DNA of 64,000 nucleotides from Escherichia coli (GTDB lineage Bacteria; Pseudomonadota; Gammaproteobacteria; Enterobacterales; Enterobacteriaceae): NCBI RefSeq assembly GCF_024298765.1, contig NZ_CP101210.1; one strand, 5' to 3'. Shown piece by piece: positions 63,694 to 64,000 of this stretch (position 1 is its first letter; each line of letters starts with the position of its first letter). The notes under the pieces were generated by a model. It saw only the letters and a program-made list of their open reading frames with translations, ran no database searches and was not told where the DNA came from. The position numbers and the translations under genes were made by a program.

Positions 63694-64000
63694 TTACATG
63701 AAATATTTATTCGATAGGTTTGATGCTAAAAGTTGAAGTTGCATTGCGCTTTTATCATAAATGCTTAGTCCTTTTTTTATTTTTTTATAAATAATCTCAT
63801 ACTCATCTTGTAGATGCTTAGGTGGGATTAATATCTCTATATTCTGCAATTCCTGTGCATTAATATTAGCCATGCCAACAATACTTTTACACATATTCAT
63901 CAATGTGATTTTGCCATGGATGGAATTAAGATACCCTGAAATATAGTAGTTATTTCCGATAGAATTAGGTCTAACGCGGATTAAATATCCAGCAAATGCC
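63694..64000 (-). CDS. Type I restriction-modification specificity-subunit-like (HsdS-like) gene, 3' portion; continues beyond window
   Basis: Minus-strand frame open to the window edge (..GYLIRVRPNSIGNNYYISGYLNSIHGKITL MNMCKSIVGMANINAQELQNIEILIPPKHLQDEYEIIYKKIKKGLSIYDKS..); ILIPP..Q..EI motif and coiled C-terminal tail resemble HsdS; stop 9 bp before ATPase start. Confidence 0.45.
   Translation of the reverse strand, partial: AFAGYLIRVRPNSIGNNYYISGYLNSIHGKITLMNMCKSIVGMANINAQELQNIEILIPPKHLQDEYEIIYKKIKKGLSIYDKSAMQLQLLASNLSNKYFM

Noticed and set aside
45009-64000. Prophage (P4-like satellite or other) as explanation for the island
   Set aside because: Only the integrase is phage-like; no capsid, tail, terminase, primase or repressor genes recognised within the window, so it is annotated as an integrative island rather than a prophage

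Overview
This window reads as an Escherichia coli chromosomal segment (reverse-complement relative to the usual K-12 map orientation), identified by recognition of the translated ORFs and RNA genes, not by any database search. Positions 1-45008 are conserved core: rnr (partial), nsrR, purA, yjeT, hflC, hflK, hflX, hfq, miaA, mutL, amiB, tsaE, nnr, queG, three tandem tRNA-Gly(GCC), orn, rsgA, psd, mscM, yjeO/N/M, epmA, frdABCD, ampC, blc, gdx, ecnB/ecnA, efp, epmB, yjeJ, yjeI, groSL, yjeH, fxsA, aspA, dcuA, cutA, dsbD, yjdC and tRNA-Phe (pheU). From 45009 to the window end lies a horizontally acquired island inserted at the 3' end of tRNA-Phe. It carries a P4-family integrase, then a 1171-aa single-polypeptide SF1 helicase fused to a C-terminal PLD-family (HxKxxxxD) nuclease, which is the strongest candidate for an anti-phage defence gene and resembles what I recall as single-gene (type II) Mokosh. 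Further cargo is a phosphoethanolamine-transferase-like membrane protein, an outer-membrane beta-barrel protein and a Tat-signal PhoX-like phosphatase. The right-hand part is a dense IS graveyard (IS911-like remnant, degenerate IS3-family element, IS66-family element with frameshifted tnpC, IS150-like orfA split by IS1, an IS1 with an amber codon in insB, and IS3). At the far right edge, in AT-rich DNA, an HsdS-like specificity gene is followed 9 bp later by an ABC-type ATPase gene that is cut off by the IS3 insertion; this may be a second, now disrupted, restriction/defence module that continues beyond the window. No CRISPR array and no phage structural genes were seen.
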